A stretch of 64,000 nucleotides of DNA from Bacteroidota bacterium (GCA_021300195.1 JAJTIE010000010.1:15605-79604), one strand, 5' to 3'. Numbered from the stretch's first letter, positions 38,104-47,274 are shown. A program made the numbers and translations. Notes: generated from the sequence alone by a model not told the origin.

Positions 38104-38871
38104 ATGATGAATTCGAGAAAACTGCTTGCTGCCAACTGGAAAATGCACCTGAACCTGGCGGGTGCGCAAAGCCTGACCCAGGAACTGATAGAGCGGCTGG
38201 CCGCCCCCCGGGTGCCAGTGGTGCTGTGCACACCCTTTCCGTATCTACACCCACTGCACCAGCTTATCCAGGGCCACCCGGGGTTTCACCTGGGTGCACA
38301 AAACCTGCATCAGGAGAAGCAGGGTGCCTTTACCGGCGAAACCAGCGGAGAGATGCTGGCCAGCGTGGGTGCCGAGTACGTGATCGTGGGCCACAGCGAG
38401 CGCCGAACCTACTACCAGGAGAGTAGCGACCTGCTGAGCAACAAGCTGATACGGGCACGCCAGGCGGGCCTCAAGCCCATCTTTTGCATAGGCGAGAGCC
38501 TGCAGGAACGAGAGCGGGGCGTGGAAAAAGAGGTGATAACCAGGCAGCTCCTGTTTGGCTGCTACAACCTGCTGGCCGAAAACTTTGCCCACACCACCAT
38601 TGCCTACGAGCCTGTGTGGGCCATCGGCACAGGCCGCACCGCCACCGCCGAGCAGGCACAGGAGATGCACGCCTTTATCCGCGAGAAAATTACCGAACGA
38701 TACGGAGATAACCTGGCGCAGGAAACCACCATCCTGTACGGGGGGAGTGTAAAGGCCAGCAACGCCAACGAGCTGTTTGCCCAGCCCGATGTGGACGGGG
38801 GCCTGATAGGGGGTGCCAGCCTGGATGCTGCCGAGTTTGCCGATATCTACCAGGCCCTGCTGAACGCATAA
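38104..38871 (+). CDS. tpiA: triose-phosphate isomerase
   Basis: It has the motifs AANWKMH, VIVGHSERR, IAYEPVWAIGTG and YGGSVK. Confidence 0.9.
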   Translation: MMNSRKLLAANWKMHLNLAGAQSLTQELIERLAAPRVPVVLCTPFPYLHPLHQLIQGHPGFHLGAQNLHQEKQGAFTGETSGEMLASVGAEYVIVGHSERRTYYQESSDLLSNKLIRARQAGLKPIFCIGESLQERERGVEKEVITRQLLFGCYNLLAENFAHTTIAYEPVWAIGTGRTATAEQAQEMHAFIREKITERYGDNLAQETTILYGGSVKASNANELFAQPDVDGGLIGGASLDAAEFADIYQALLNA

Positions 38872-38976
38872 GCCAGAGCAGAGGGAGGCTGAGACCCAGG
38901 GCTGAAAAGCGGTAGTGCGCGCGTACCGGTCTTTGCTACCAGTCGGCTGGCGCTGCCACTCCGGGTGCTGAAAATG

Positions 38977-39010
38977 AAAATACCTGTCCGGAAGCGGACA
39001 GGTATTTTTT
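38977..39010 (+). terminator. intrinsic terminator after tpiA
   Basis: A 14-bp perfect stem pairs AAAATACCTGTCCG with CGGACAGGTATTTT around a GAAG loop, running into a T-tract. Confidence 0.8.
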
Positions 39011-39079
39011 GTAGATACAAACAAGTGGTGACGAAATCGCTGGCAAGCACATGTGTGCCGGGGGCCGAGGCGAAGCTGG

Positions 39080-39205
39080 CTACAGCAGGGCCACCAGCAA
39101 GATGAGGATGAGCAGCACCAGTGCTACAATGATGAGAATGCGAATCAGTTCTGAGTCAGACAGACTGGTATCATTCGCATCCGATACGGACAGGGTGTTG
39201 GACAC
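39080..39205 (-). CDS. possible 41-codon micro-ORF with a hydrophobic C-terminal tail (GTG start abutting the upstream TAG)
   Basis: My own translation is (V/M)SNTLSVSDANDTSLSDSELIRILIIVALVLLILILLVALL*. It is in the same frame as, and contiguous with, the stop of 39206..39580. Confidence 0.25.
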   Translation of the reverse strand: MSNTLSVSDANDTSLSDSELIRILIIVALVLLILILLVALL

Positions 39206-39580
39206 CTACTCCTCGTAACTCATGCCCTGGCTAAGGCCAGTCTTTATCTGGTTTTTTACCGTGGCAATCAGCGATTTTCGAGTACCCTTATCTATCTGCT
39301 TCCAGTCGGCTAGCGCCTTTTTCCTTTCCAGGCTTGTTATTCCGGCGGCAGCGGGCTGATCGGCACAGTCCGCACAGGCTGTAGGTGTATCACAGTCTAT
39401 ACAGGGTACGGCTTCGGCTCCACAGTCCTGGCAGGGTGCGGGCGTATCGCAGTCGGCACAGGGCTGCACCCGCTCTTCACAGTCGGTGCAGGGGGTGGTG
39501 GCACGCTTGGTATCCACACCGGCATATACGGTACCGGCAGCCAGGAAGGCAAGGATCAGGAGTCTTTTGGTCATAAACAT
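39206..39580 (-). CDS. secreted Cys-rich protein with five CxDC motifs
   Basis: It has a signal peptide (MFMTKRLLILAFLAAGTVYA), then PCTDC-x5-PCADC-x4-PCQDC-x5-PCIDC-x4-ACADC, then a Lys-rich helical C-terminus. I do not recognise a family. Confidence 0.6.
   Translation of the reverse strand: MFMTKRLLILAFLAAGTVYAGVDTKRATTPCTDCEERVQPCADCDTPAPCQDCGAEAVPCIDCDTPTACADCADQPAAAGITSLERKKALADWKQIDKGTRKSLIATVKNQIKTGLSQGMSYEE
39365..39490 (-). repeat. coding tandem repeat of 27-30 nt units encoding (P/A)CxDC
   Basis: The Cys pairs are at residues 31/34, 41/44, 50/53, 60/63 and 69/72. The nucleotide units share CCCTG(Y)nnnGACTG(Y)G. Confidence 0.7.
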
Positions 39581-39648
39581 GGTTTTAATAAGTTAGGAAT
39601 TCATACTAGCGCCTGCCAATATACCAAAAAACTGCCGGGTGCAGTGCG

Positions 39649-40593
39649 CTATACAATGCCCTGTTCGGCCAGCCATCGCTCGGCATCCAGGGCAGCCATA
39701 CAGCCGCTTCCTGCTGCGGTTACCGCCTGCCTGTACACACTGTCTTGCACATCGCCGGCAGCAAACACCCCCTCGATAGAGGTCTTGCTTGTCTTTCCCT
39801 CGGTTATCAGGTAGCCCGTGTTGTCCATCTCCAGCTGGCCCGCAAACAGGTCGGTGTTCGGCTTGTGGCCAATAGCCACAAAGAAGCCCTGCACCGGAAT
39901 ATCCGTCAGCGCCCCGGTCTGGCTATTCCGTATCCGCACTGCCTCTACTACCTCCTTGCCCAATACTTCTTCGGTTTCGGTGTGCCAGTGGACGGTAATG
40001 TTTGGGGTCTTCAGCACCCGGTCTCGCATAATCTGGCTGGCACGCATTTCGCCCTTTCGCACCAGCAGGTGCACCTGCCTGCACAGCTTGCTCAGGTAGG
40101 TGGCCTCTTCAGCGGCCGTGTCTCCACCGCCTACCACCACTACGTCCTTGCCTTTGTAGAAGAAGCCGTCGCACACGGCACAGGCACTCACACCGGCGCC
40201 GTTCAGTCGCTTCTCGCTCTCCAGCCCTAGCCACTTGGCACTGGCACCGGTGCTGATGATGACGGCATCGGCGCTTATCAGCTTATCCTCATCGGTCCAC
40301 ACCAGCTTGGGCGACTGGCTGAAATCTACCTTAGTGATCGTACTATAACGAATATCTGTGCCAAAACGCGCAGCCTGCTGGCGGAAGTCTTCCATCATCT
40401 GCACGCCCAGCACCCCCTCCGGGTAGCCGGGGTAGTTCTCTACATCGGTGGTCTGGGTCAGCTGGCCACCCGCCTCCAGGCCGGTGTACAGTACGGGGCT
40501 CAGGTTGGCGCGTGCAGCGTATACAGCGGCGGTATAGCCTGCCGGACCTGAGCCGATGATGAGACAGCTAACGTGCTCGGATGGTGTGGACAT
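39649..40593 (-). CDS. trxB: thioredoxin-disulfide reductase
   Basis: It has the FAD motif IIGSGPAGYTAA, the redox-active CAVCDG and the NADPH motif VVGGGDTAAEEA. Confidence 0.9.
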   Translation of the reverse strand: MSTPSEHVSCLIIGSGPAGYTAAVYAARANLSPVLYTGLEAGGQLTQTTDVENYPGYPEGVLGVQMMEDFRQQAARFGTDIRYSTITKVDFSQSPKLVWTDEDKLISADAVIISTGASAKWLGLESEKRLNGAGVSACAVCDGFFYKGKDVVVVGGGDTAAEEATYLSKLCRQVHLLVRKGEMRASQIMRDRVLKTPNITVHWHTETEEVLGKEVVEAVRIRNSQTGALTDIPVQGFFVAIGHKPNTDLFAGQLEMDNTGYLITEGKTSKTSIEGVFAAGDVQDSVYRQAVTAAGSGCMAALDAERWLAEQGIV

Positions 40594-40696
40594 GATAAAA
40601 ATATAAGGTGAATGGGGTATAAAGTTATGGCTAAAGTGCTTACATTAAGCGTGGTGACAGATAATTGGTTCCTATTGAAACTAAAAAACAGAATAC

Positions 40697-41680
40697 GTGC
40701 AAGAACTAAAACGAATCGGGGTATTCACCTCTGGCGGGGATAGCCCGGGCATGAATGCCTGTATACGGGCCGTGGTGCGCACAGCCCACCACCACCAGCT
40801 GAAGGTAACGGGCATCTACCGGGGCTTCGACGGGATGATACAAGGTAATATGCTGGATATGGGGCGGCAGGATGTGAGCAACATCATCCAGCGAGGCGGT
40901 ACCATCCTGAAGACGGCACGCTCGGAGGGCTTTCGCACCCCCGAGGGCCGCAGGCAGGCCTACCACCAGCTGCAGAAAGCCGGGATACAGGCCCTGGTGG
41001 CCATCGGGGGAGATGGCACCTACAGGGCATCACAGGTCTTTATGGAGGAGTATCCGGATATCCGCATAATGGGCTGCCCGGGCACCATAGACAATGACCT
41101 GTATGGCACCGACTTTACCATTGGTTACGACACGGCCATCAACACGGCCATGCAGGCCATAGACAAGATACGCGACACGGCCGATGCTACCGACCGGCTG
41201 TTTTTTGTAGAGGTAATGGGCCGAGATGCAGGCCTGATAGCACTACGCACGGGCCTGGGCAGCGGGGCCGAGGCTGTGCTGATACCGGAAATAGAGCAGG
41301 ACCTGGACCGGCTATACGACCTGCTGGAACGAGACTGGAAGCGCCAAAAGAGCAGCATGATTGTGGTGGTGGCCGAGGGCGACGAGGCGGGCGGTGCCTT
41401 TGCCGTAGCCGAGCAGGTACGCCAGCGTTTTCCGCAGTATGATACGCGCGTAACCGTGCTGGGCCACATCCAGCGGGGGGGTAGCCCCAGCTGTATGGAC
41501 CGCATACTGGCAAGCCGCCTGGGGGCTGCCGCCGTGCAGGCGCTGGTAGCGGGCATGGCGGGCTATGCCTGTGGCGTACAGTACAAGTCCGTGGTGCACA
41601 TCCCCTTCAGCGAGGCCGTAAAGCACAATGTCGAGATTAATCCACAATTGGTAGAGCTGGTGGAAATCCTGAGTGCATAG
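40697..41680 (+). CDS. pfkA: ATP-dependent 6-phosphofructokinase
   Basis: It has the motifs RIGVFTSGGDSPGMNA, IGGDGTY, PGTIDNDL and GHIQRGG. It has a GTG start. Confidence 0.9.
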   Translation: MQELKRIGVFTSGGDSPGMNACIRAVVRTAHHHQLKVTGIYRGFDGMIQGNMLDMGRQDVSNIIQRGGTILKTARSEGFRTPEGRRQAYHQLQKAGIQALVAIGGDGTYRASQVFMEEYPDIRIMGCPGTIDNDLYGTDFTIGYDTAINTAMQAIDKIRDTADATDRLFFVEVMGRDAGLIALRTGLGSGAEAVLIPEIEQDLDRLYDLLERDWKRQKSSMIVVVAEGDEAGGAFAVAEQVRQRFPQYDTRVTVLGHIQRGGSPSCMDRILASRLGAAAVQALVAGMAGYACGVQYKSVVHIPFSEAVKHNVEINPQLVELVEILSA

Positions 41681-41760
41681 GCTCACCACAGATTTGTGAA
41701 AGAGCAAGGCCATGCGGCCGCTACCGTTGGGCAAAAAGCTACGAAATAGGGCGTATACAA

Positions 41761-41794
41761 ATAGAAAGAGACCTCATATGAGGTCTCTTTCTAT
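41761..41794. terminator. perfect 34-nt palindrome, probably a bidirectional terminator between pfkA and the DUF3137-like gene
   Basis: The sequence is ATAGAAAGAGACCTCAT|ATGAGGTCTCTTTCTAT. I verified by hand that each half is the exact reverse complement of the other. Confidence 0.6.
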
Positions 41795-41815
41795 AGCAAG
41801 ACTATAAGCAGTGGC

Positions 41816-42796
41816 TCAGGCAGTGGCAGTATCCACCTGCTGGTCCACACGGCCAATTTTCTCGAAGATGATCATCGGCTCGTACATCACATCGTAGTAC
41901 TCGTGGATGATTTTGAAGTCGAGCAGACTCCGGTAAAGCCGGGGCTCAAAAAGCTCCTTCTTATGGCTGATGGCCACATAAATATTGTTGCCAATAAAAG
42001 ACACACAGATGTCTTCCTTATGTGTTTTCTTGTAGGCCACCAGGTCTTCAAACACCTCCTTGTAGGTAAAAAAACTCTGTTTTGCATCCTCGGAATTTTT
42101 GGAATACACCTTGAAAACAGTGTTGAACTCGGGGTCCGGACTCAATACTTCTTCAAAATCAGAACTCTTGTATCCCAGTTTTTCGGGTTCAAAAACCTGG
42201 TGCCGGGGCAGGATAATGGTGCCCGTAAACTTCTGCTTGGTGATGGCTACAAAGAAGATTCCGTCGAAAATAGCGCGGAGCTCAGATTTACGCTCACCCT
42301 TTCTCACGCTGCGCTTGGCGTGCACCTCGGAGAAGGCAATTTTTGTAGATCCGAGATCGCCAAACACGTAGTCATCTCCCCGGTACTTAGTGGGCAGGTC
42401 TGTGAACAGCTTGCTATCTACAAATAGGTTGGGTGGAATGAACTTGTGAGAAATATAGGTGAAGCTGGGATTGATAAACCGAACAATCTGCTCAATTACG
42501 CGGGTTTTGAAGATGATGTGAAAGCGTTTGTCTCCGGTAACATCGTAGTACAGCACATAGCCACCAGCGGCAAAAATCACGCCAATGAGGGCATACCAGC
42601 CATATATCTGTACACCAGCAGTCTCGGCATCTATTACAGAGGAAATACCAACCAGCGCACCGATCAACGCGGCCACGAGCAGAAAAATCATAACCACAAC
42701 CTTGAGCACGATTTTTTTGCGCATGGAATCCACCGCGTTCAGGTCTTGGGTTAGTTCTGTTTCAAAGTACTGTTTTAGTTCCTGTAGAGACTTCAT
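41816..42796 (-). CDS. DUF3137-like membrane protein
   Basis: It has two N-terminal TM helices after a short cytoplasmic segment, then about 230 aa resembling DUF3137 (YRGDDYVFGDLGSTKIAFSEVHA...IFDGIFFVA). It is visibly AT-richer than its neighbours. Confidence 0.55.
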   Translation of the reverse strand: MKSLQELKQYFETELTQDLNAVDSMRKKIVLKVVVMIFLLVAALIGALVGISSVIDAETAGVQIYGWYALIGVIFAAGGYVLYYDVTGDKRFHIIFKTRVIEQIVRFINPSFTYISHKFIPPNLFVDSKLFTDLPTKYRGDDYVFGDLGSTKIAFSEVHAKRSVRKGERKSELRAIFDGIFFVAITKQKFTGTIILPRHQVFEPEKLGYKSSDFEEVLSPDPEFNTVFKVYSKNSEDAKQSFFTYKEVFEDLVAYKKTHKEDICVSFIGNNIYVAISHKKELFEPRLYRSLLDFKIIHEYYDVMYEPMIIFEKIGRVDQQVDTATA

Positions 42797-42971
42797 AGTG
42801 GCGTTTGATTAGATAATCAGGTGGAGTGGTGGAGATGAAAAACGAGCTTTGCTTTGTGCAATTAACGCGTGAGCAGTCAAAAATAGCATAAAAACTGACA
42901 GCGGATCGGTCGAAGGGGGGGCCATCCAAAAATTAACGCGCCAGCCCGCCTTGCGCCTGCCAATACGCCTA

Positions 42972-44537
42972 CTAGGCTTCTATGTCAAACTTGATGCCCT
43001 GTGCCAGGGGTAGCGCATCGCCGTAGTTGATGGTTTGTGTTTGGCGGCGCATGTAGGCCTTCCAAGAGTCGGATCCGCTTTCGCGGCCACCCCCAGTTTC
43101 CTTTTCGCCGCCAAAGGCACCGCCTATTTCGGCACCACTGGTACCTATATTCACGTTGGCAATACCGCAGTCGCTACCGGCGGGGCCCAGGAAGCGCTCT
43201 ACCTCCTTCATATTCTCGCTAAAGATGGCCGAGCTTAGGCCCTGGGGCACCGCGTTGTGCTGCTGTAGTGCCTCCTGGTAGTCGCTATAGCGGATCAGGT
43301 AGAGGATGGGGGCAAAGGTCTCGCTCTGTACGCTCTCCATTTCGTTTTTGGCCTCTATCAGGGCAGGCGTCACATAGTTTCCATGCTCGTGCCCGGGCAC
43401 CGTGTACAGATCGCCGCCATAGATTAGCTTGCCACCCTGTGCTTGCACCTTCTGCAGGCGGTCTTGCATCATCTGCACCGCATCCTGGTCTATCAGGGGT
43501 CCTATCAGGGTATCGGCATCCAGTGGGCTGCCTATCTTGGGTGTCAGGCTTTTGTAGGTATTTACCAGGGCCTCCTTCACTTTTTCGTACATGCTGTCGT
43601 GCACAAACAGGCGGCGCGTACTGGTGCAGCGCTGGCCACAGGTGCCTACCGCGCCAAACACGATGGCCTGCAGGGCCAGCTTCAGGTTGCTGTTCGGGGT
43701 AAGTACAATGGCGTTATTACCGCCCAGCTCTAGCAGATACTTGCCCAGCCGGCCAGCCACAGTCTGGGCCACGGCCTTGCCCATGCGGGTACTGCCGGTG
43801 GCGCTTACCAGGTCGATGCGCTCGTCGGCAGCCAGTTTTTGGCCTATCTCGGCATCGCCCACCACCAGGTTGAAGATGCCCTCTGGCAGGCCATTGGCTG
43901 CCAGCACGTCGGCCGCTATCTTCTGGCAAGCCAGGGCGCATAGGGGCGTTTTTTCACTGGGTTTCCAGATCACTACATTGCCACACACGGCTGCAATCAT
44001 GGCATTCCAGCTCCATACCGCCACCGGGAAGTTGAAGGCGGAGATAATCCCCACAATGCCCAGGGGGTGCCAGCGCTCCATCAGGCGGTGGTCTGGGCGC
44101 TCGCTAGGCATCGTAAGGCCATACAGCTGGCGGCTTAGGCCCACGGCAAAGTCGCATATGTCTATGATCTCCTGCACCTCACCCAGTCCCTCCTGGTATA
44201 TCTTACCCATTTCATAGCTTACTAGCCAGCCCAGGTACTCCTTGTTTTCGCGGAATGCCTCGCCCATCTGGCGTACAATTTCGCCCCGGCGGGGGGCGGG
44301 CACCTCGCGCCAATAGCGAAATGCCTCCTGTGCCTTCTGCACCACCTGCTCGTACTGCGGGGCGGAAGTAAAGGCTACGGTGCCAATCTTCTCTCCGTTT
44401 GCAGGGCTATGGCTGTCTATGGTCCGCGCGGCGGGGGCTACCTCCATAAAGTGGGTGCCCGTGCTGGTGCCCGAGTGCACCATGCCTGCACGTAGGCCAA
44501 ACACATCGAGGGCAGTAGGAGCGGCAATCGTATTCAT
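42972..44537 (-). CDS. NAD-dependent aldehyde dehydrogenase (ALDH7 / aminoadipate-semialdehyde dehydrogenase-like)
   Basis: It has the ALDH motifs FNFPVAVWSWN, LELGGNNA and GTCGQRCTSTRR. I chose the start at MNTIAAP. Confidence 0.85.
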   Translation of the reverse strand: MNTIAAPTALDVFGLRAGMVHSGTSTGTHFMEVAPAARTIDSHSPANGEKIGTVAFTSAPQYEQVVQKAQEAFRYWREVPAPRRGEIVRQMGEAFRENKEYLGWLVSYEMGKIYQEGLGEVQEIIDICDFAVGLSRQLYGLTMPSERPDHRLMERWHPLGIVGIISAFNFPVAVWSWNAMIAAVCGNVVIWKPSEKTPLCALACQKIAADVLAANGLPEGIFNLVVGDAEIGQKLAADERIDLVSATGSTRMGKAVAQTVAGRLGKYLLELGGNNAIVLTPNSNLKLALQAIVFGAVGTCGQRCTSTRRLFVHDSMYEKVKEALVNTYKSLTPKIGSPLDADTLIGPLIDQDAVQMMQDRLQKVQAQGGKLIYGGDLYTVPGHEHGNYVTPALIEAKNEMESVQSETFAPILYLIRYSDYQEALQQHNAVPQGLSSAIFSENMKEVERFLGPAGSDCGIANVNIGTSGAEIGGAFGGEKETGGGRESGSDSWKAYMRRQTQTINYGDALPLAQGIKFDIEA

Positions 44538-44626
44538 CAGCTTTTTATATTTCAATAATGACGAGAAAAGAATAGAGGGCGAAATAGAGGAATGAATGCA
44601 CCAGCATAGCCTGCGCACACATTCGG

Positions 44627-44845
44627 CTAGCGCGGAGCTGGCAGCTCGTAGGCCTGAATGGGGCTATCGAATTGCTCCTTGTGTGCACCATCGCAGAAAG
44701 GTGGTGTGGCGGTGTGGCCGCAGCGGCAGAGGCTCACAGCCGTTCGTCCGTTCAGCTCGAAGCGGTTGCCGTCCTGATCGTACAGCTCAAAGTCGCCTTC
44801 CAGCCGAATAGAGCCATTGCTCCTGATGGTTATCTTGGTAGACAT
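44627..44845 (-). CDS. CDGSH-type iron-sulfur domain protein
   Basis: It has the CDGSH signature CRCGHTATPPFCDGAH. I chose the start at MSTKITIRSNGS. Confidence 0.8.
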   Translation of the reverse strand: MSTKITIRSNGSIRLEGDFELYDQDGNRFELNGRTAVSLCRCGHTATPPFCDGAHKEQFDSPIQAYELPAPR

Positions 44846-44972
44846 CGTGATGGGGTTAAACGAAGCCGAGAGGCCGACTTCCTGCTTTCTGATTCTTAAT
44901 GCGAATATAAGGTTTTTTGCAGAACCATATTGTGCCCGAACTGGCGGCTGATGGCGGCGCATACGGCGGGGC

Positions 44973-46059
44973 CTAGTTTTGGCTAGACTCCATCAGGTAG
45001 GCTTTTATAAATTCGTCTAGCCCTCCGTCCATCACCAGCTGCACGTTGCTGGTCTCCACGCTGGTTCGCAGGTCCTTCACCAGCTTGTAGGGGTGGAACA
45101 CATAGTTTCGGATCTGGCTGCCCCACTCTATTTTTTTCTTTCCGGCCTCGGTTTTGGCTTTTTCTTCCATGCGCTTCTCCAGTTCCTGCTGGTACAGCCG
45201 GCTACGCAGCAGGTGCAGGGCTTTTTCGCGGTTTTGGTGCTGGCTTCGTTCCTGCTGGCACTCTACCACTATGCCGCTGGGTACGTGGGTTACGCGCACG
45301 GCTGTTTCCACCTTATTCACATTCTGGCCTCCCTTTCCGCCGGCGCGGAAGGTGTCCCACTCCAGGTCGGCGGGGTTGATGTCTATCTCTATGGTATCGT
45401 CTACCAGTGGGTATACGTACACAGAGCTGAAGCTGGTGTGGCGGCGGCCCCCACTATCGAATGGGCTGATGCGCACCAGGCGGTGTACACCGCTCTCGCC
45501 CTTCAGGTAGCCATAGGCAAAGGAGCCCTTTACCTCCAGGCTGGCGCTCTTTATGCCTGCGCCTTCTCCCTGCTGCTCGTCTATCAGGCTGGGTTGGTAG
45601 CCGTGCTGCTCGGCATACATGGTGTACATACGCAGCAGCATCTCGGCCCAGTCCTGGCTTTCGGTTCCGCCGGCTCCGGCGTTTATCACTACTACGCAGT
45701 CCAGCTGGTCCTCTTCTCCACTCAGCATGTTTTTTAGCTCCAGCTCATTCACCACCTGCTCTGCGCGGGCATACACGGTGTCCAGCTCTGGCTCCGTCAG
45801 GTCTCCCTCTCGGTAGAACTCGTAGCTTACCTCCAGCTCTTCCAGCGCCTCGGCAGCCGCTCGGTAGGCTTGCGTCCATACACGCATGCCGCGCAGCTGC
45901 TTCATGGCGGCCTCGGCTGCCTTACTATCGTCCCAAAAACCCGGTGCTGCGCTTTCTGCCTCCCTGGCAGCTATGGCACTTTCCTTCCCCGCTATGTCAA
46001 AGATACCTCCTTAGGGCGCCTACTCTCTCTTGCAGCGATTTTAGTTGGTCGGGTGTCAT
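44973..46059 (-). CDS. prfB: peptide chain release factor 2, expressed through a +1 programmed ribosomal frameshift at codon 21
   Basis: ORF1 (46059..45997) encodes [20 protein letters not shown] followed by TGA. The +1 frame continues as [37 protein letters not shown] and onward, with the RF2 SPF and GGQ motifs. The total is about 361 aa. Confidence 0.9.
45997..46011 (-). promoter_or_regulatory. RF2 autoregulatory frameshift site, AGGAGG-TAT-CTT-TGA-C
   Basis: The minus strand reads cta AGG AGG tat CTT TGA c. This has the same architecture as E. coli prfB: an SD-like element, a 3-nt spacer, a CUU slippery codon and UGA followed by C. Confidence 0.85.
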
Positions 46060-46083
46060 GGTATGGGGTTGTTTAGGTGAATT

Positions 46084-46440
46084 TTAGGGGGTCAAGTTTT
46101 GCCTGAAGGCGTCCGTATAGTGCTGTATCTCTGGGTCTCGGCCCGGCCATATACGGATTGCTACTACATCAAAGCGAAGGGGTAAATGTACCAAATTGTG
46201 CAATTCGGCGTACAGGCTGGCGGCGCGGAAGAGGGTAGCCTGCTTTTTGGGGGTTACGGCCTCCTCGGGCCAGGCAGGGCCGGTTCGGGTTTTTACCTCT
46301 ACCACCACCAGCTCTTGCCTGTCCATGCACACCAGGTCCATCTCTGCCGGGTGTACGCGCACATTGCGCCCTAGCAGCTGGTAGCCCTGGGCCGCCAGGT
46401 AGTGTGCGGCCAGGGCTTCGCCCTGCCTGCCCAGGCTCAT
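46084..46440 (-). CDS. yraN: YraN-family (UPF0102) endonuclease-like protein
   Basis: It shows the pattern GEALAAHYLAAQGYQLLGRNVRVHPAEMDLVCMDRQELVVVEVKTR. I chose the start at MSLGRQ. Confidence 0.8.
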   Translation of the reverse strand: MSLGRQGEALAAHYLAAQGYQLLGRNVRVHPAEMDLVCMDRQELVVVEVKTRTGPAWPEEAVTPKKQATLFRAASLYAELHNLVHLPLRFDVVAIRIWPGRDPEIQHYTDAFRQNLTP

Positions 46441-46661
46441 CGGGGCCCACCCTGCTGCATGCGGCGGTGCATAATGCGAGACCGCCATAGGCGAAACACC
46501 CCATAGAGGAGTACCAGCACGCCCATGGAGCCAGCCGGGAAGCTGATCTGCTGCTGGACAAACCACTGCTGAACCTGCGCCGGTGGGGCAAAAATCATGT
46601 AGATGCCCACCAGGCAGATGAGGATGCCCACCACGTAGCCTACGTAAATGAATGTTTTCAT
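46437..46661 (-). CDS. small two-TM membrane protein (hypothetical)
   Basis: This 74-aa ORF has two hydrophobic segments, and its stop overlaps the yraN start (ATGA). Confidence 0.45.
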   Translation of the reverse strand: MKTFIYVGYVVGILICLVGIYMIFAPPAQVQQWFVQQQISFPAGSMGVLVLLYGVFRLWRSRIMHRRMQQGGPR

Positions 46662-46666
46662 AACGG

Positions 46667-46702
46667 CAAATAAACAAAAACCCGACCTATTGAGCCGGGT
46701 TT
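46667..46702 (-). terminator. candidate intrinsic terminator after the TonB-like gene
   Basis: On the minus strand, AAACCCG pairs with CGGGTTT around an 11-nt loop, followed by TTGTTTATTT. Confidence 0.45.
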
Positions 46703-46772
46703 CGTTCGTATTCTATCTACCAGGGTACTGCCCACGCCCAGGCACCACGCCTGGGGGCAAAGGGCAAGGGTG

Positions 46773-47234
46773 TTAGTGAAGCTCAAAGTGGATGGGCAGG
46801 ATGACCCAGCTGGACATGGGCCGCCCGTTCTGTGCCGAGGGCAGCAGCTTCAGCTCGTCCACCCGCTCTTCCACAGCCCTGCTGAAGGAGGGGTGGGTAG
46901 AGGAGATAATCTGCCACTTGGAAACCTCGCCCAGGCAGTTTACGTAGAGCTTTAGCACCACTTTACCCTCCTGATGCGTGCCGCGCAGGTCTTCTGGGTA
47001 CGCTATGCTGTTCACCACAGTCTGCAGGTTCAGCACCTTTGCCTTGGTGTCGCAGTTGTTGTTGCACTCCAGGCATTCCGCCGGGGCTGTGCGCGCTGGA
47101 ATCGAGGCATCAGCCAGAGACTGGGCATGTACCGAGGTGGCTAGTAGTACCACTGCGGCTGCCAGAATGCTGATTTGTGCTTGGGCTTTCAGGGCCTTGC
47201 CCTTCTGGCTTTTTACCTCTCTTGTTTTCATCAC
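46773..47234 (-). CDS. secreted protein with a TonB C-terminal-like domain
   Basis: It has an N-terminal hydrophobic segment. The C-terminus shows the pattern YPEDLRGTHQEGKVVLKLYVNCLGEVSKWQIISSTHPSFSRAVEERVDELKLLPSAQNGRPMSSWVILPIHF. Confidence 0.6.
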   Translation of the reverse strand: MMKTREVKSQKGKALKAQAQISILAAAVVLLATSVHAQSLADASIPARTAPAECLECNNNCDTKAKVLNLQTVVNSIAYPEDLRGTHQEGKVVLKLYVNCLGEVSKWQIISSTHPSFSRAVEERVDELKLLPSAQNGRPMSSWVILPIHFELH

Positions 47235-47274
47235 TTCAATTGTTTTTAAATCCGTGTCTATTTGATCGTATGAG

